Source: an uncultured cyanobacterium
GTDB lineage: Bacteria > Cyanobacteriota > Cyanobacteriia > Cyanobacteriales > Nostocaceae
Assembly (NCBI GenBank): GCA_963740315.1
Contig: CAVUDP010000002.1
Span: 128,001-192,000, forward strand
Reading direction: 5' to 3'
DNA: 64,000 nt
Position 1 is the first letter of the stretch. The number at the start of each line of letters is the position of its first letter. The notes under the pieces are model-generated. The model saw only the letters and a list, made by a program, of their open reading frames with translations, ran no database searches and had not been told where the DNA came from. Shown here piece after piece: positions 19,007 through 27,865 of this stretch. A program made the position numbers and the translations under genes.

Positions 19007-21649
19007 ATGAGCGATGAACCATCATCAAAATTTGAAAAACTTATCGCTACCCTACAGCAGAAATTAGAATTAACGGGTGTAGAAATTGCCGATATTTTAT
19101 GGTTAGCCCAGCAATATCAAACCACCACAGACAAAACTGTCATTGAAAGCACGAACGACGAAGCGATCGCAGTAATTGAAAAAGAAAAACCAGAAAATAC
19201 CACCACCGACACCCCAATAACTCCCGTTACTCCTCAACCACCAGAACCAAAAATAGAAGTATATGCTAAATCTAATCATTCTACTTCTAGTACTACTTCT
19301 GGTAACAGCATTGATATCAAAGTTCCCGATGCACCAGGGTTGCGTTTTCCTCTAAAATTAGCAAGAGCAATACGTCCTTTAATCCAAAAAATTGATTCGG
19401 AGACAGAATTTATTTTAGACGAAGCAGCCACTGCTAACCGGATTGCTAAAGATGGTATTCGCATTCCGGTTTTTCAACCCGCTCGGGAACCAGCATTTGA
19501 TTTGATGTTGGTGGTTGATCAAAGCAGTACAATGATTTTTTGGCGAAAAGCTATCCAAGAATTACAACAACTCCTCGAAGTACAAGGCGCTTTTCGAGAT
19601 GTGCAAGTTTGGGGATTATTAACTAATAAAGAAGAAATCTATCTACGACGGGGAATAGGTAAAACCGCTCGCAAACATCGTCCCTATCACCCCCGCTCTC
19701 TCGTCGATCCTAGCGGTAAGCGTTTAATTTTGGTAGCGAGCGATTGCATTACCGATATTTGGCATAATGGTAAAGCTTTTGCAATGCTCAAAGTTTGGAC
19801 AAAAAATCATCCCGTTGCCATTATCCAGATGTTACCTCAATGGCTGTGGCAAAGAACTGGATTGAGTTTAGGAGCAAAAGTCCAGTTTTCTACCTTAACC
19901 CCTAGAATAGCCAACCAAGATTTATTAATTAAAAAAATATTGCTCTGGGATGATATTAACTTTGCAACGGGAACCAAAATTCCTATATTCACCCTAGAAG
20001 AAGAATCCGCCAGAACTTGGAGTAAAATGATTGGAGGGAGAAGTGATGCTCATGTCACCGGATTTGTTTTCCCCGCTGATTTTACACCCTTTATACTACC
20101 CGAAGCAGATTCTCCAACACAAACAGCAGAAATAACATCCAACTTCCGTCGCACAGCTTCCCCAATGGCGCGAAAACTAGCCAGCTTATTATCTGCTGCA
20201 CCTATAATTACCTTACCAATTGTGCGGATAATTCAAGCTCAAATGCTCCCACAATCTCAACAAGTACACGTCGCAGAAGTCTTCTTGGGTGGGATAATTA
20301 AACGCAAACAACCAGTCAAAGCGAGGCATTTCAGCAATCCCAACAACTCCACTTCTAACGAGTCGGTAAGTACAGTCATTACGACGCAAGGAAGCAATCC
20401 CAATAACTCCACTTCTGATAATGAAATTACACCAGAAACAAACCCCGATGACATCGAATTTGATTTTATCAGCGAAGAAGTCCGAAATAATTTCCTTGAA
20501 GCTGCTCCCGTTAGCGACTCCTTAGAAATTATTGAGGTGATTTCTAAATACTTCGCCAAGAAACTCGGTAAAACCCTCTCAGAATTTAATGCTTTATTAA
20601 GGAAACCACAAATCAACGATGAAAATATAGAGAATATTAAACCTTTTGCGTTGTTGAGTGCCAAAGTTTTAAAGCGCTTGGGAGGAGATTACGTTCAGTT
20701 TGCAGAAGAAATCGAGCGAGATTGGGAAAACCAGAAATCAGAAAACACCGAAACAATCCCCTTAATTCCTTTCACCTTTGAAACCGTCACCGTCAACCGT
20801 CGCGGTGAAATCATCAACCGAGAAGCCAAAACCGCGCAATACTTCACCGAAAATATACCCCCCTCTCCTATCGTAAGGAGAGGGGATGGGAGTGAGGTTA
20901 TCCCTTTAGAAATGGTTTACATCCCCGGTGGTACATTTATGATGGGTAGCCCAGAAGGGGAAGGAAGAGACGATGAAAAACCCCAACATCAAGTCACGGT
21001 TCCAACTTTCTTCATGGGTAAATATCAAGTTACTCAGGAGCAGTGGAAAGCAGTTGCTAATTTACCCCAAGTTGATAAAGAATTAAAACCAGAGCCATCA
21101 AGATTCAAACCAGAAGACAACCAAAAAAATAATCTTCCTGTAGAGAAAGTTTCATGGTATGATGCAGAAGAGTTTTGCAAACGCCTATCAAAGCATACAG
21201 GTAAACAATATCGTCTTGCTTCTGAAGCAGAATGGGAATATGCCTGTCGTGCTGGTACTACAACACCGTTTCACTTTGGTGAAACAATTACTAGTGAATT
21301 AGCAAATTATCGTGCCAGTCGTACTTTTGCTGATGAATCTAAAGGAGAATACCGAGAGAAGACCGCATCAGTAGGACAATTCCCGCCAAATGCTTTTGGC
21401 TTGCATGATATGCATGGGAATGTCTATGAATGGTGTTGTGATACTTGGCATGAAAATTATGAAGGTGCGCCAAATGATGGTAGCTCGTGGATAGGTGACA
21501 GAAGTTACCAACGAGTGCGGCGCGGTGGTTCGTGGCTCAACTTTCCTGAGAATTGCCGTTCTGCCAATCGCTACTACTTCAATCCGGCCTACGATGACGT
21601 CCACAACGGTTTTCGGGTTGTGTGTGGTGTCTCCCCCCAGGACTCTTAG
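19007..21649 (+). CDS. vWA (SAV_2336-like N-terminus) fused to FGE-sulfatase/C-type lectin domain; DGR target
   Basis: EIADILWL, LARAIRPL, LVVDQSSTMIFW, LILVASDC and LPQWLWQRT; C-terminal LEMVYIPGGTFMMGS, RLASEAEWEYACRAG, DMHGNVYEW and RGGSW...GFRVV. Confidence 0.9.
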   Translation: MSDEPSSKFEKLIATLQQKLELTGVEIADILWLAQQYQTTTDKTVIESTNDEAIAVIEKEKPENTTTDTPITPVTPQPPEPKIEVYAKSNHSTSSTTSGNSIDIKVPDAPGLRFPLKLARAIRPLIQKIDSETEFILDEAATANRIAKDGIRIPVFQPAREPAFDLMLVVDQSSTMIFWRKAIQELQQLLEVQGAFRDVQVWGLLTNKEEIYLRRGIGKTARKHRPYHPRSLVDPSGKRLILVASDCITDIWHNGKAFAMLKVWTKNHPVAIIQMLPQWLWQRTGLSLGAKVQFSTLTPRIANQDLLIKKILLWDDINFATGTKIPIFTLEEESARTWSKMIGGRSDAHVTGFVFPADFTPFILPEADSPTQTAEITSNFRRTASPMARKLASLLSAAPIITLPIVRIIQAQMLPQSQQVHVAEVFLGGIIKRKQPVKARHFSNPNNSTSNESVSTVITTQGSNPNNSTSDNEITPETNPDDIEFDFISEEVRNNFLEAAPVSDSLEIIEVISKYFAKKLGKTLSEFNALLRKPQINDENIENIKPFALLSAKVLKRLGGDYVQFAEEIERDWENQKSENTETIPLIPFTFETVTVNRRGEIINREAKTAQYFTENIPPSPIVRRGDGSEVIPLEMVYIPGGTFMMGSPEGEGRDDEKPQHQVTVPTFFMGKYQVTQEQWKAVANLPQVDKELKPEPSRFKPEDNQKNNLPVEKVSWYDAEEFCKRLSKHTGKQYRLASEAEWEYACRAGTTTPFHFGETITSELANYRASRTFADESKGEYREKTASVGQFPPNAFGLHDMHGNVYEWCCDTWHENYEGAPNDGSSWIGDRSYQRVRRGGSWLNFPENCRSANRYYFNPAYDDVHNGFRVVCGVSPQDS
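21521..21649 (+). other. DGR variable region VR1
   Basis: Run of NNC/NNT codons (CTC AAC TTT ... TAC TAC TTC AAT CCG GCC TAC GAT GAC GTC CAC AAC) between RGGSW and GFR, as expected from an AAC/AAT template; avd and the RT start follow. Confidence 0.8.
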
Positions 21650-21840
21650 CCCTTTTCACTCTAGCCCTTTAGCCCTTTGCTCTTTTATTCTTTACCCTTT
21701 GTTAAGCGTAGTGAAACGGAGCAATCAAATTATTTTTTTGTAAATTGAGTTTTGAGGTTTTTGCCAGTTTGATAGTTTTTCTATCATGATTAATATAACA
21801 TATTCTACATAAGGAAAGCAAGAATATATTTGTATTATTT

Positions 21841-21909
21841 GTAGGGTGTGTTACGGCTAAGCAAAGATTTGAGAAGAAGTGATAATTGGAAATTTGCCGT
21901 AACGCACCA
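21841..21909 (+). repeat. GTAG-REP family A (GTAGGGTGTGTTACGG...CCGTAACGCACC)
   Basis: GTAG tetranucleotide plus imperfect stem. Related copies at 24259, 24721, 46162, 46348 (inverted), 48365 and 49021. Confidence 0.8.
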
Positions 21910-21984
21910 TCTGTTGTTTGGTGGGTTAGACCCATTCAAGTTATCGTTATATATATTAGTGCGTCTAACACATCCGATAAGAGA

Positions 21985-22347
21985 ATGTCACAATTGCGAG
22001 AATTGCCAATAATCCAGAAGACATACGATTTGATCCAATGGTACGTTCCTATATTGAATCGTCTACCCAAAGTACATAAATTTACATTGGCAGATCGGAT
22101 GACTAATAAACTATATGATTTATTAGAGAATTTAATTATCGCTCGTTATGCCCAAAATAAATTGACTAGATTAGAATCATTAAATAGTCAATTAGATATT
22201 CTACGTTATCAAACCCGACTTTTGCTAGATTTTAAACTAATTGCAGCCCATCGTTACGAATATGCAATCAAATTAATCAACGAAATTGGTATAGAATTGG
22301 GCGGTTGGATTAAACAGCAAAGCAAGCAAGAGTATTTTAAAAACTAG
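21985..22347 (+). CDS. avd: DGR accessory variability determinant Avd (four-helix bundle)
   Basis: 120 aa: ELPIIQKTYDLIQWYVPILNRLPKVHKFTLADR...EIGIELGGWIK; sits between VR1 and the RT start. Confidence 0.9.
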   Translation: MSQLRELPIIQKTYDLIQWYVPILNRLPKVHKFTLADRMTNKLYDLLENLIIARYAQNKLTRLESLNSQLDILRYQTRLLLDFKLIAAHRYEYAIKLINEIGIELGGWIKQQSKQEYFKN

Positions 22348-22382
22348 AATAAATAATAATTGTATAAAATTAGCCATATATT

Positions 22383-22487
22383 GTCATTGCGAGCGTAATG
22401 AAATGAAGCGAAGCAATCGCAATCATTAAGCTTTGCGATTGCTATGTCCTATCGGACACGCTCCGCTAACACTTCGCTCGCAATGAC
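22383..22487. repeat. Palindromic REP-like element (GTCATTGCGAGCG...CGCTCGCAATGAC)
   Basis: 13-bp terminal inverted repeat with an internal AGCAATCGCA/TGCGATTGCT stem. Confidence 0.85.
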
Positions 22488-22520
22488 GGTTATTTCTACG
22501 GACATTATATAAGCACAGAG

Positions 22521-22661
22521 ATGAAACGCCACGGTAACATTTATCCGCAAATTATAGACTTTGAAAATATATTATTAGCAGCGAGAAAAGCACAAAAAGG
22601 TAAGCGTTTTCGGGATAACGTTTTAGAGTTTAATCCAATTATCGTCTCAAATTTTTTCTAG
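22521..22661 (+). pseudogene. Truncated DGR reverse transcriptase (N-terminal ~38 codons only)
   Basis: Manual translation [38 protein letters not shown], then PIIVSNFF*. Resembles a cyanobacterial DGR-RT N-terminus; no YxDD core seen downstream. Confidence 0.82.
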
Positions 22662-22706
22662 AGCAGGTGAAGATACAGCCGAATTTTTAAATTATTAAGA
22701 TAGCTG

Positions 22707-22979
22707 GTGCAAGATATGATTTTCCCTTGGGTTGATATCAAGCTTCAAAAATCAACCTCTAATAATCAAAACTTAATATCAATCCCCCATCTATTAAACT
22801 TTTGTATTCATATTCCGTTACAATCCCTTTACTCAAGTTTACAAAATAATTTTATTGACGCTATTCTCAATAATTTTACGAGATTACAAGACTTTGCGCC
22901 AAAACATGATATTGTTATTCTCAGCGAAGCAGTTTATCCACTTTTCAAATATTTGCCATTTATCAATCAACTAACTTGA
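22707..22979 (+). CDS. Hypothetical ORF or gene fragment
   Basis: 90-aa ORF just beyond the RT breakpoint; no recognisable family. Confidence 0.3.
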   Translation: MQDMIFPWVDIKLQKSTSNNQNLISIPHLLNFCIHIPLQSLYSSLQNNFIDAILNNFTRLQDFAPKHDIVILSEAVYPLFKYLPFINQLT

Positions 22980-23263
22980 TAAAAAGCAGCAATCAAGCCG
23001 TCACTTGTATTATTAATGTGCTACAGGTTGAAAAAATCGGGAATAACTCAGGATGTTCATGTGAAATGTTGTAAAGTTGGCTGTAATTAAAAGTACTGAA
23101 AAGAGCCTCTTAATATACTGACATTGACAAAAAATATCTTTTGATATCTATTTGCGAACAAATAATGATTAGATAGATGATGCGCGATCGCAGTATTTAT
23201 GCTTTGCTTTTTAGAAGGAATATATATAGTTGTTTTAAGTTAGGAAATTTTGGGGAATAAATT

Positions 23264-23899
23264 ATGATTGTTGTTCATCATCTAAATAATTCGCGTTCGC
23301 AACGGATATTATGGCTGCTGGAAGAATTGGGTGTCGATTACGAAATTAAGCATTACCAACGCGATGCCACAACAATGCTTGCACCACCATCTTTGTACGA
23401 AGTTCATCCGTTGGGAAAGTCGCCAGTAATTACAGATGCAGCAAGAACAATTGCCGAATCGGGTGCGATCGTTGAATATATAGTTAGTCGCTACGGTAAC
23501 GGTAAATTAGTTCCAGCAGTTGAGACACCGGAACACCTACGCTACACATATTGGCTGCATTATGCTGAGGGTTCTGCAATGCCACCGTTGCTTCTTAATT
23601 TGATTTTTAACCTTTTTGAAATTAAGGATAGCAGTGCGATGGATGGATTTATCGCACCTCAAATTAAACTGCACTTTGATTATATAGAAGACGAGTTGAG
23701 TAAGAGTACCTGGTTTGTGGGTGAGGAATTCACCGCTGCCGATATTCAAATGAGCTTTCCTTTAGAATTGCTCGCCAATGTTCCACAACAGGTTGAAAGC
23801 CGACCAAATATTAAAGATTTTTTGAAACGCATTCACGAACTACCGAATTACAAACGCGGACTTGAAAAGGGAGGTGAATACGATTTCGCACTCCAGTAA
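23264..23899 (+). CDS. Glutathione S-transferase
   Basis: HHLNNSRSQRILWLLEELG, HPLGKSPV, ESGAI and FTAADIQMSF. Confidence 0.93.
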   Translation: MIVVHHLNNSRSQRILWLLEELGVDYEIKHYQRDATTMLAPPSLYEVHPLGKSPVITDAARTIAESGAIVEYIVSRYGNGKLVPAVETPEHLRYTYWLHYAEGSAMPPLLLNLIFNLFEIKDSSAMDGFIAPQIKLHFDYIEDELSKSTWFVGEEFTAADIQMSFPLELLANVPQQVESRPNIKDFLKRIHELPNYKRGLEKGGEYDFALQ

Positions 23900-23956
23900 T
23901 TAATAACAGGACGATATATCCTTATCCCTTATCTATATCTATAGGTTGTTAATTTA

Positions 23957-25130
23957 CAAAAGTGAAGTAGATAAGGATTAAAGGTTATTCAAAATATAGT
24001 TTCAATTTTTATTTTGTTTTCAAGGAAAAATTTTTTAAAAGATGCTCGCGACATGGGATAATAAGGTTATGAGCTTGATAATATTATAATGGGATGGTTG
24101 TCAAATTTTTAAAGCGAGCCGCATCCCATTATAATTAATACTCTCTAAAAATAATAGTACCACGAAAGCGTCACTCTTAACAAAAAAAACGCACCTTTTT
24201 TATAACTTAAAATCAATTTTTTCCTTTATAGGACTTACGCAACTGGCATATTTTTCTCGTAGGGTGCTGTAAGACTTTGAATCGATTTGAACATAGTTAT
24301 AACCAATAAAACAAATTAGTGTCACGCACCAACAGGACTGAAGTGACGATTGCGGCCATTCCTGCTTTATTATAAATTATGGTTGTTAATTTACCGGGCG
24401 TTTTCCATCTTAGTCGATCGCAAAAGTGAAGTAGATAAGCATAAAAGGTTATTCAAAATATCATTTCAATTTTTATTTTGTTTTCAAATAAATTTTTTTA
24501 AAAGATGCTCGCGACATGGGATAATAAAGTTATGAGCTTGATAATATTATAATGGGATGGTTGTCAAATTTTTAAAGCGAGCCCCATTCCATTATAATTA
24601 ATACTCTTTAAAAATAAAAATACCATGAAAGCGTTACTTTTAACAAAAAAAACGCAATCTTTTATAGCTCGAAATCAATTTTTTCCTTTATAGGACTTAC
24701 GCAACTGGCATATTTTTCTCGTAGGGTGCTTGTACACTGATTGCTTTGAACGTAGTTATAACCAATAAGAGTGTCACGTACCAACAAAACATTGTGACGA
24801 TTGCGGTCATTCCTGCTTTATTATAAATAATGCTTGTTAATTTACTGGGTGTTTTGAATCTCGGCGATCGCAAAAGTGAAGTAGATAAGGAGCAAACATT
24901 ATTCAAAATATCATTTCAATTTTTATTTTGTTTTTAAATAAAAAATTTTTCATCATATGCTCATGACATGGGATAATAAGGTTATGAGCTTGATAATATT
25001 ATAATGGGATGGTAGTCAAATTTTTAAGACGAACGCTATTCCATTATAATTAATACTCTTTAAAAATAATAATACCATGAAAGCGTTACTTTTAATAAAA
25101 AAATCGATTTTTAATAGCTTGAAATCAATT
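23957..25130. repeat. ~450-465-bp non-coding tandem repeat, ~2.6 copies
   Basis: CAAAAGTGAAGTAGATAAG at 23957, 24421 and 24871. Each copy has an ATTATAATGGGATG...CCATTATAAT inverted repeat; the two full copies also carry TAGGACTTACGCAACTGGCA and a family-A REP. Confidence 0.92.
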
Positions 25131-25275
25131 ATTAAGTGATTAAAAATACATAAAAATCAAAAAGTAAGTATTTATTTGCAGAAAAGCCGTGGGTTATATC
25201 AACTGTATGTGCGATCGAGGGAACATTAAATAGTTTAAGTATAAGGATTGAATAGATTATAGAATTTGATATTGA

Positions 25276-26280
25276 TTATCGTTCCAGAATTTTCCTAGCT
25301 TGTGTTTCGACATTCTCAGATGTAGTTTCAATTAAAGTGTATGTGACGGTTAAATCCATCTTTTCGCCAACTTGCAGCGTTTTGAGGGGACTGAGGAATT
25401 CTAATTCAACGTAAGCTTTTGGATCGTAATTGGTGTAAATTTCAGCGCTACTATTATTGTCGGGATAAATTACTTTATCTATTCTAGGTGAATCCATGCG
25501 AACTAAGGTTTTTTCACCTACCCATAATAATGTACTCGCATCGCTGCCGATTTTATGAGCTTTATTGCGATCGCGTTTTAAGGATAAAATACCGTTATCT
25601 ATTTTCAAGTTAGCTGGGTTATCTTCAGATTGCTGATTGTAACCTTGAGGGAAAATCGAATTTTGGGGTATTGCTGCGTAAACCGAAACTGGTTCATTTA
25701 ACTGTGTAATCGTCCAAACAGAGACTTGTTGTGCATCACCTTTAACTTTTTCAAAAGTGGTGGTGACTTTCATAATTGGTTTATTTGGTTCAAGGGTGAT
25801 TTTACGATAGAATCTAATTCCATAGAATGGGTCAATATCAGAAATTAACGTTAATTCGTTTTTTTGGACTTGTATTTTAAGTGGTACGGAATCAAATGTA
25901 GCAGGTGGTGGCCAACTAATTTTTGTAATTTTTTCCCATTCAGATTGTGGTGCTGGCCAAGTTTTATCACCACCGAAGTTATCCCATTCTTCAGATTTGG
26001 TATTAGGTACTTTACCGTATATCTGGGAATTTTCCCAAAATGTATTTTCTCCACCAAGTAAGCGAAATTGCATTATTCTTCCAATTGCTGGAACTATAAT
26101 TGCTTCTACCTGGGAGTTACTTAAAATATAAGAATTTTCCCAGCCTTGATAATTGGTTTTTGTAACTGTAATTTTTTCTGACATATTGGTGGTTACGGTT
26201 AAATAATAAATTCCTGCTAAAAATAATCCCAAACAAAACAATAATAACTGTTTAGGCTTGATATGACTCAGAATATTCAT
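25276..26280 (-). CDS. DUF4380-like (galactose-mutarotase-fold) membrane-anchored protein
   Basis: IVPAIGRIMQF, NFGGDKTWPAPQ and YVELEFLSPL; N-terminal TM segment. Confidence 0.7.
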   Translation of the reverse strand: MNILSHIKPKQLLLFCLGLFLAGIYYLTVTTNMSEKITVTKTNYQGWENSYILSNSQVEAIIVPAIGRIMQFRLLGGENTFWENSQIYGKVPNTKSEEWDNFGGDKTWPAPQSEWEKITKISWPPPATFDSVPLKIQVQKNELTLISDIDPFYGIRFYRKITLEPNKPIMKVTTTFEKVKGDAQQVSVWTITQLNEPVSVYAAIPQNSIFPQGYNQQSEDNPANLKIDNGILSLKRDRNKAHKIGSDASTLLWVGEKTLVRMDSPRIDKVIYPDNNSSAEIYTNYDPKAYVELEFLSPLKTLQVGEKMDLTVTYTLIETTSENVETQARKILER

Positions 26281-26527
26281 TTTTTCGATTTTATTTAAAT
26301 TGAAAAATATAATTGATTTATAATAGGCAGATTTTGGGTAATTAAAATCACGTTATAACTGTAAAAGCAGTATTTTTATTGAGAAAAGACCAATGTTATA
26401 TCAATGGTGATTGTGATAAATAAACAGAGATATTAAGTATCTTACTTGAAAAACCTTTTAGATAAAAGCAATGAGATTATTAACGAGGGTGTTGCTTTAC
26501 TTGATTTATTTTTAATTGTCTTTTCCT

Positions 26528-27460
26528 CTACTTCGAGAGCTGTATTCCTGGAATATTTAATGGAATTTTATAAACGCTATTACCTGCGGTGATGTAAAGT
26601 GTTTTATAATTTTTATTACCCCAAGCTAAATTTGTGGCTTTTTCAGGAACGTTAATTTTGTCGAGAAGTTGACCTGTTGGAGAAAAAATCCAAACACCTC
26701 CAGATCCCGTACAATAGATATTGCCTAAAAGATCGACTTTCATACCATCGGGTACACCTTTATCTGTGGAGCCGGGTAATTCTGCAAATACTCTACCTTT
26801 GCTTAAAGTGCCATCTGGTTTAACGTCAAAAACTTGGATATGTAATTTTTCGGAATCACTTACATATAATTTTTTTTCATCGGGAGAGAAAGCGATTCCA
26901 TTTGGACGAATCATTTCTTTATTCAACAAAGTTAGATTTCCACTTGGTTCCCAACGATAGATACCATAAAATCCTAATTCTTCCTGTTCAAAGTTGATTC
27001 CGTAAGGTGGATCGGTAAAATAAATACTACCATCAGACTTAACTACAACATCATTGGGACTATTAAGACGTTTATCTTTATATCGTTCTGCCAAAACAGT
27101 AATTTTACCATCTTTTTCTGTACGTGTGAGTTTGCGGTTATGTTGAGCGCTAATTAACCGTCCTTGATTATCATAAGTGTTACCATTGGTATTTCCAGAA
27201 GGACGACGAAATACGGCTATGTTATCTTTAGTATTCCATTTATAAATAGTATCTGCTGGAATATCGCTGAAAAGTAAAAAGCCACTGGGATTCCAAACAG
27301 CACCTTCGGTAAATTTGAATCCATCGAATAACTTTTCTAGTTTGGCATTATCATCGACAATATCTGATGTTTTAGCATTGGTATTGCCGCAGCTTTGCTG
27401 TAAACTTAAGAAAGCTAAGAGTAAACTGTATGCAGCTATTCGTAAAGTATTTTTGTTCAT
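26528..27460 (-). CDS. SMP-30/gluconolactonase family lipoprotein
   Basis: FTEGAVW, LNSPNDVVV, PNGIAFSPDE and PDGMKVD. Confidence 0.92.
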   Translation of the reverse strand: MNKNTLRIAAYSLLLAFLSLQQSCGNTNAKTSDIVDDNAKLEKLFDGFKFTEGAVWNPSGFLLFSDIPADTIYKWNTKDNIAVFRRPSGNTNGNTYDNQGRLISAQHNRKLTRTEKDGKITVLAERYKDKRLNSPNDVVVKSDGSIYFTDPPYGINFEQEELGFYGIYRWEPSGNLTLLNKEMIRPNGIAFSPDEKKLYVSDSEKLHIQVFDVKPDGTLSKGRVFAELPGSTDKGVPDGMKVDLLGNIYCTGSGGVWIFSPTGQLLDKINVPEKATNLAWGNKNYKTLYITAGNSVYKIPLNIPGIQLSK

Positions 27461-27865
27461 TATTTTTATTCTCCCAAATGTAAGCTAATAGAAATTAAAT
27501 AGCGCTTGATTAACAGAAACGAGTTTTCTTCGTTTTCCCGCTTCATCTTTTACTTTCTTCCCGGCTCTACGATTACCGATTAATAAACCCTTCTAGACGC
27601 GAGACGCGCAGAGGAAAGAAGTAAACAGAGGTATGTAATTTTAGAGCGGGAAGGGAGTAATTAATTTTAATAATTTATCGATCGAGATTTTTTTAACCGA
27701 TACCATATCTGACGTTGTGCGATCGCGAATATTTTCGTTGTTCATAGCGCTACATTATGTAATGGCAGCCCAAAGCCCAATTATAAATACCCTACCATCT
27801 TCATATATTAAACTGTTCCTATATATCCTTTCCGATTGCTGCTTCTATAGTGAAAAATAGAATAT

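Noticed and set aside
21886..21984. N-terminal extension of Avd in the ORF track
   Set aside because: It overlaps a REP; Avd similarity begins at ATG 21985.
22348..22520. DGR template repeat between avd and RT
   Set aside because: No similarity to VR1 or VR2; the interval is filled by a palindromic REP-like element.
24350..24906. Small ORFs inside the 460-bp repeats
   Set aside because: Frames are not conserved between copies; the minus-strand MSRASFKK frame stops at different positions.
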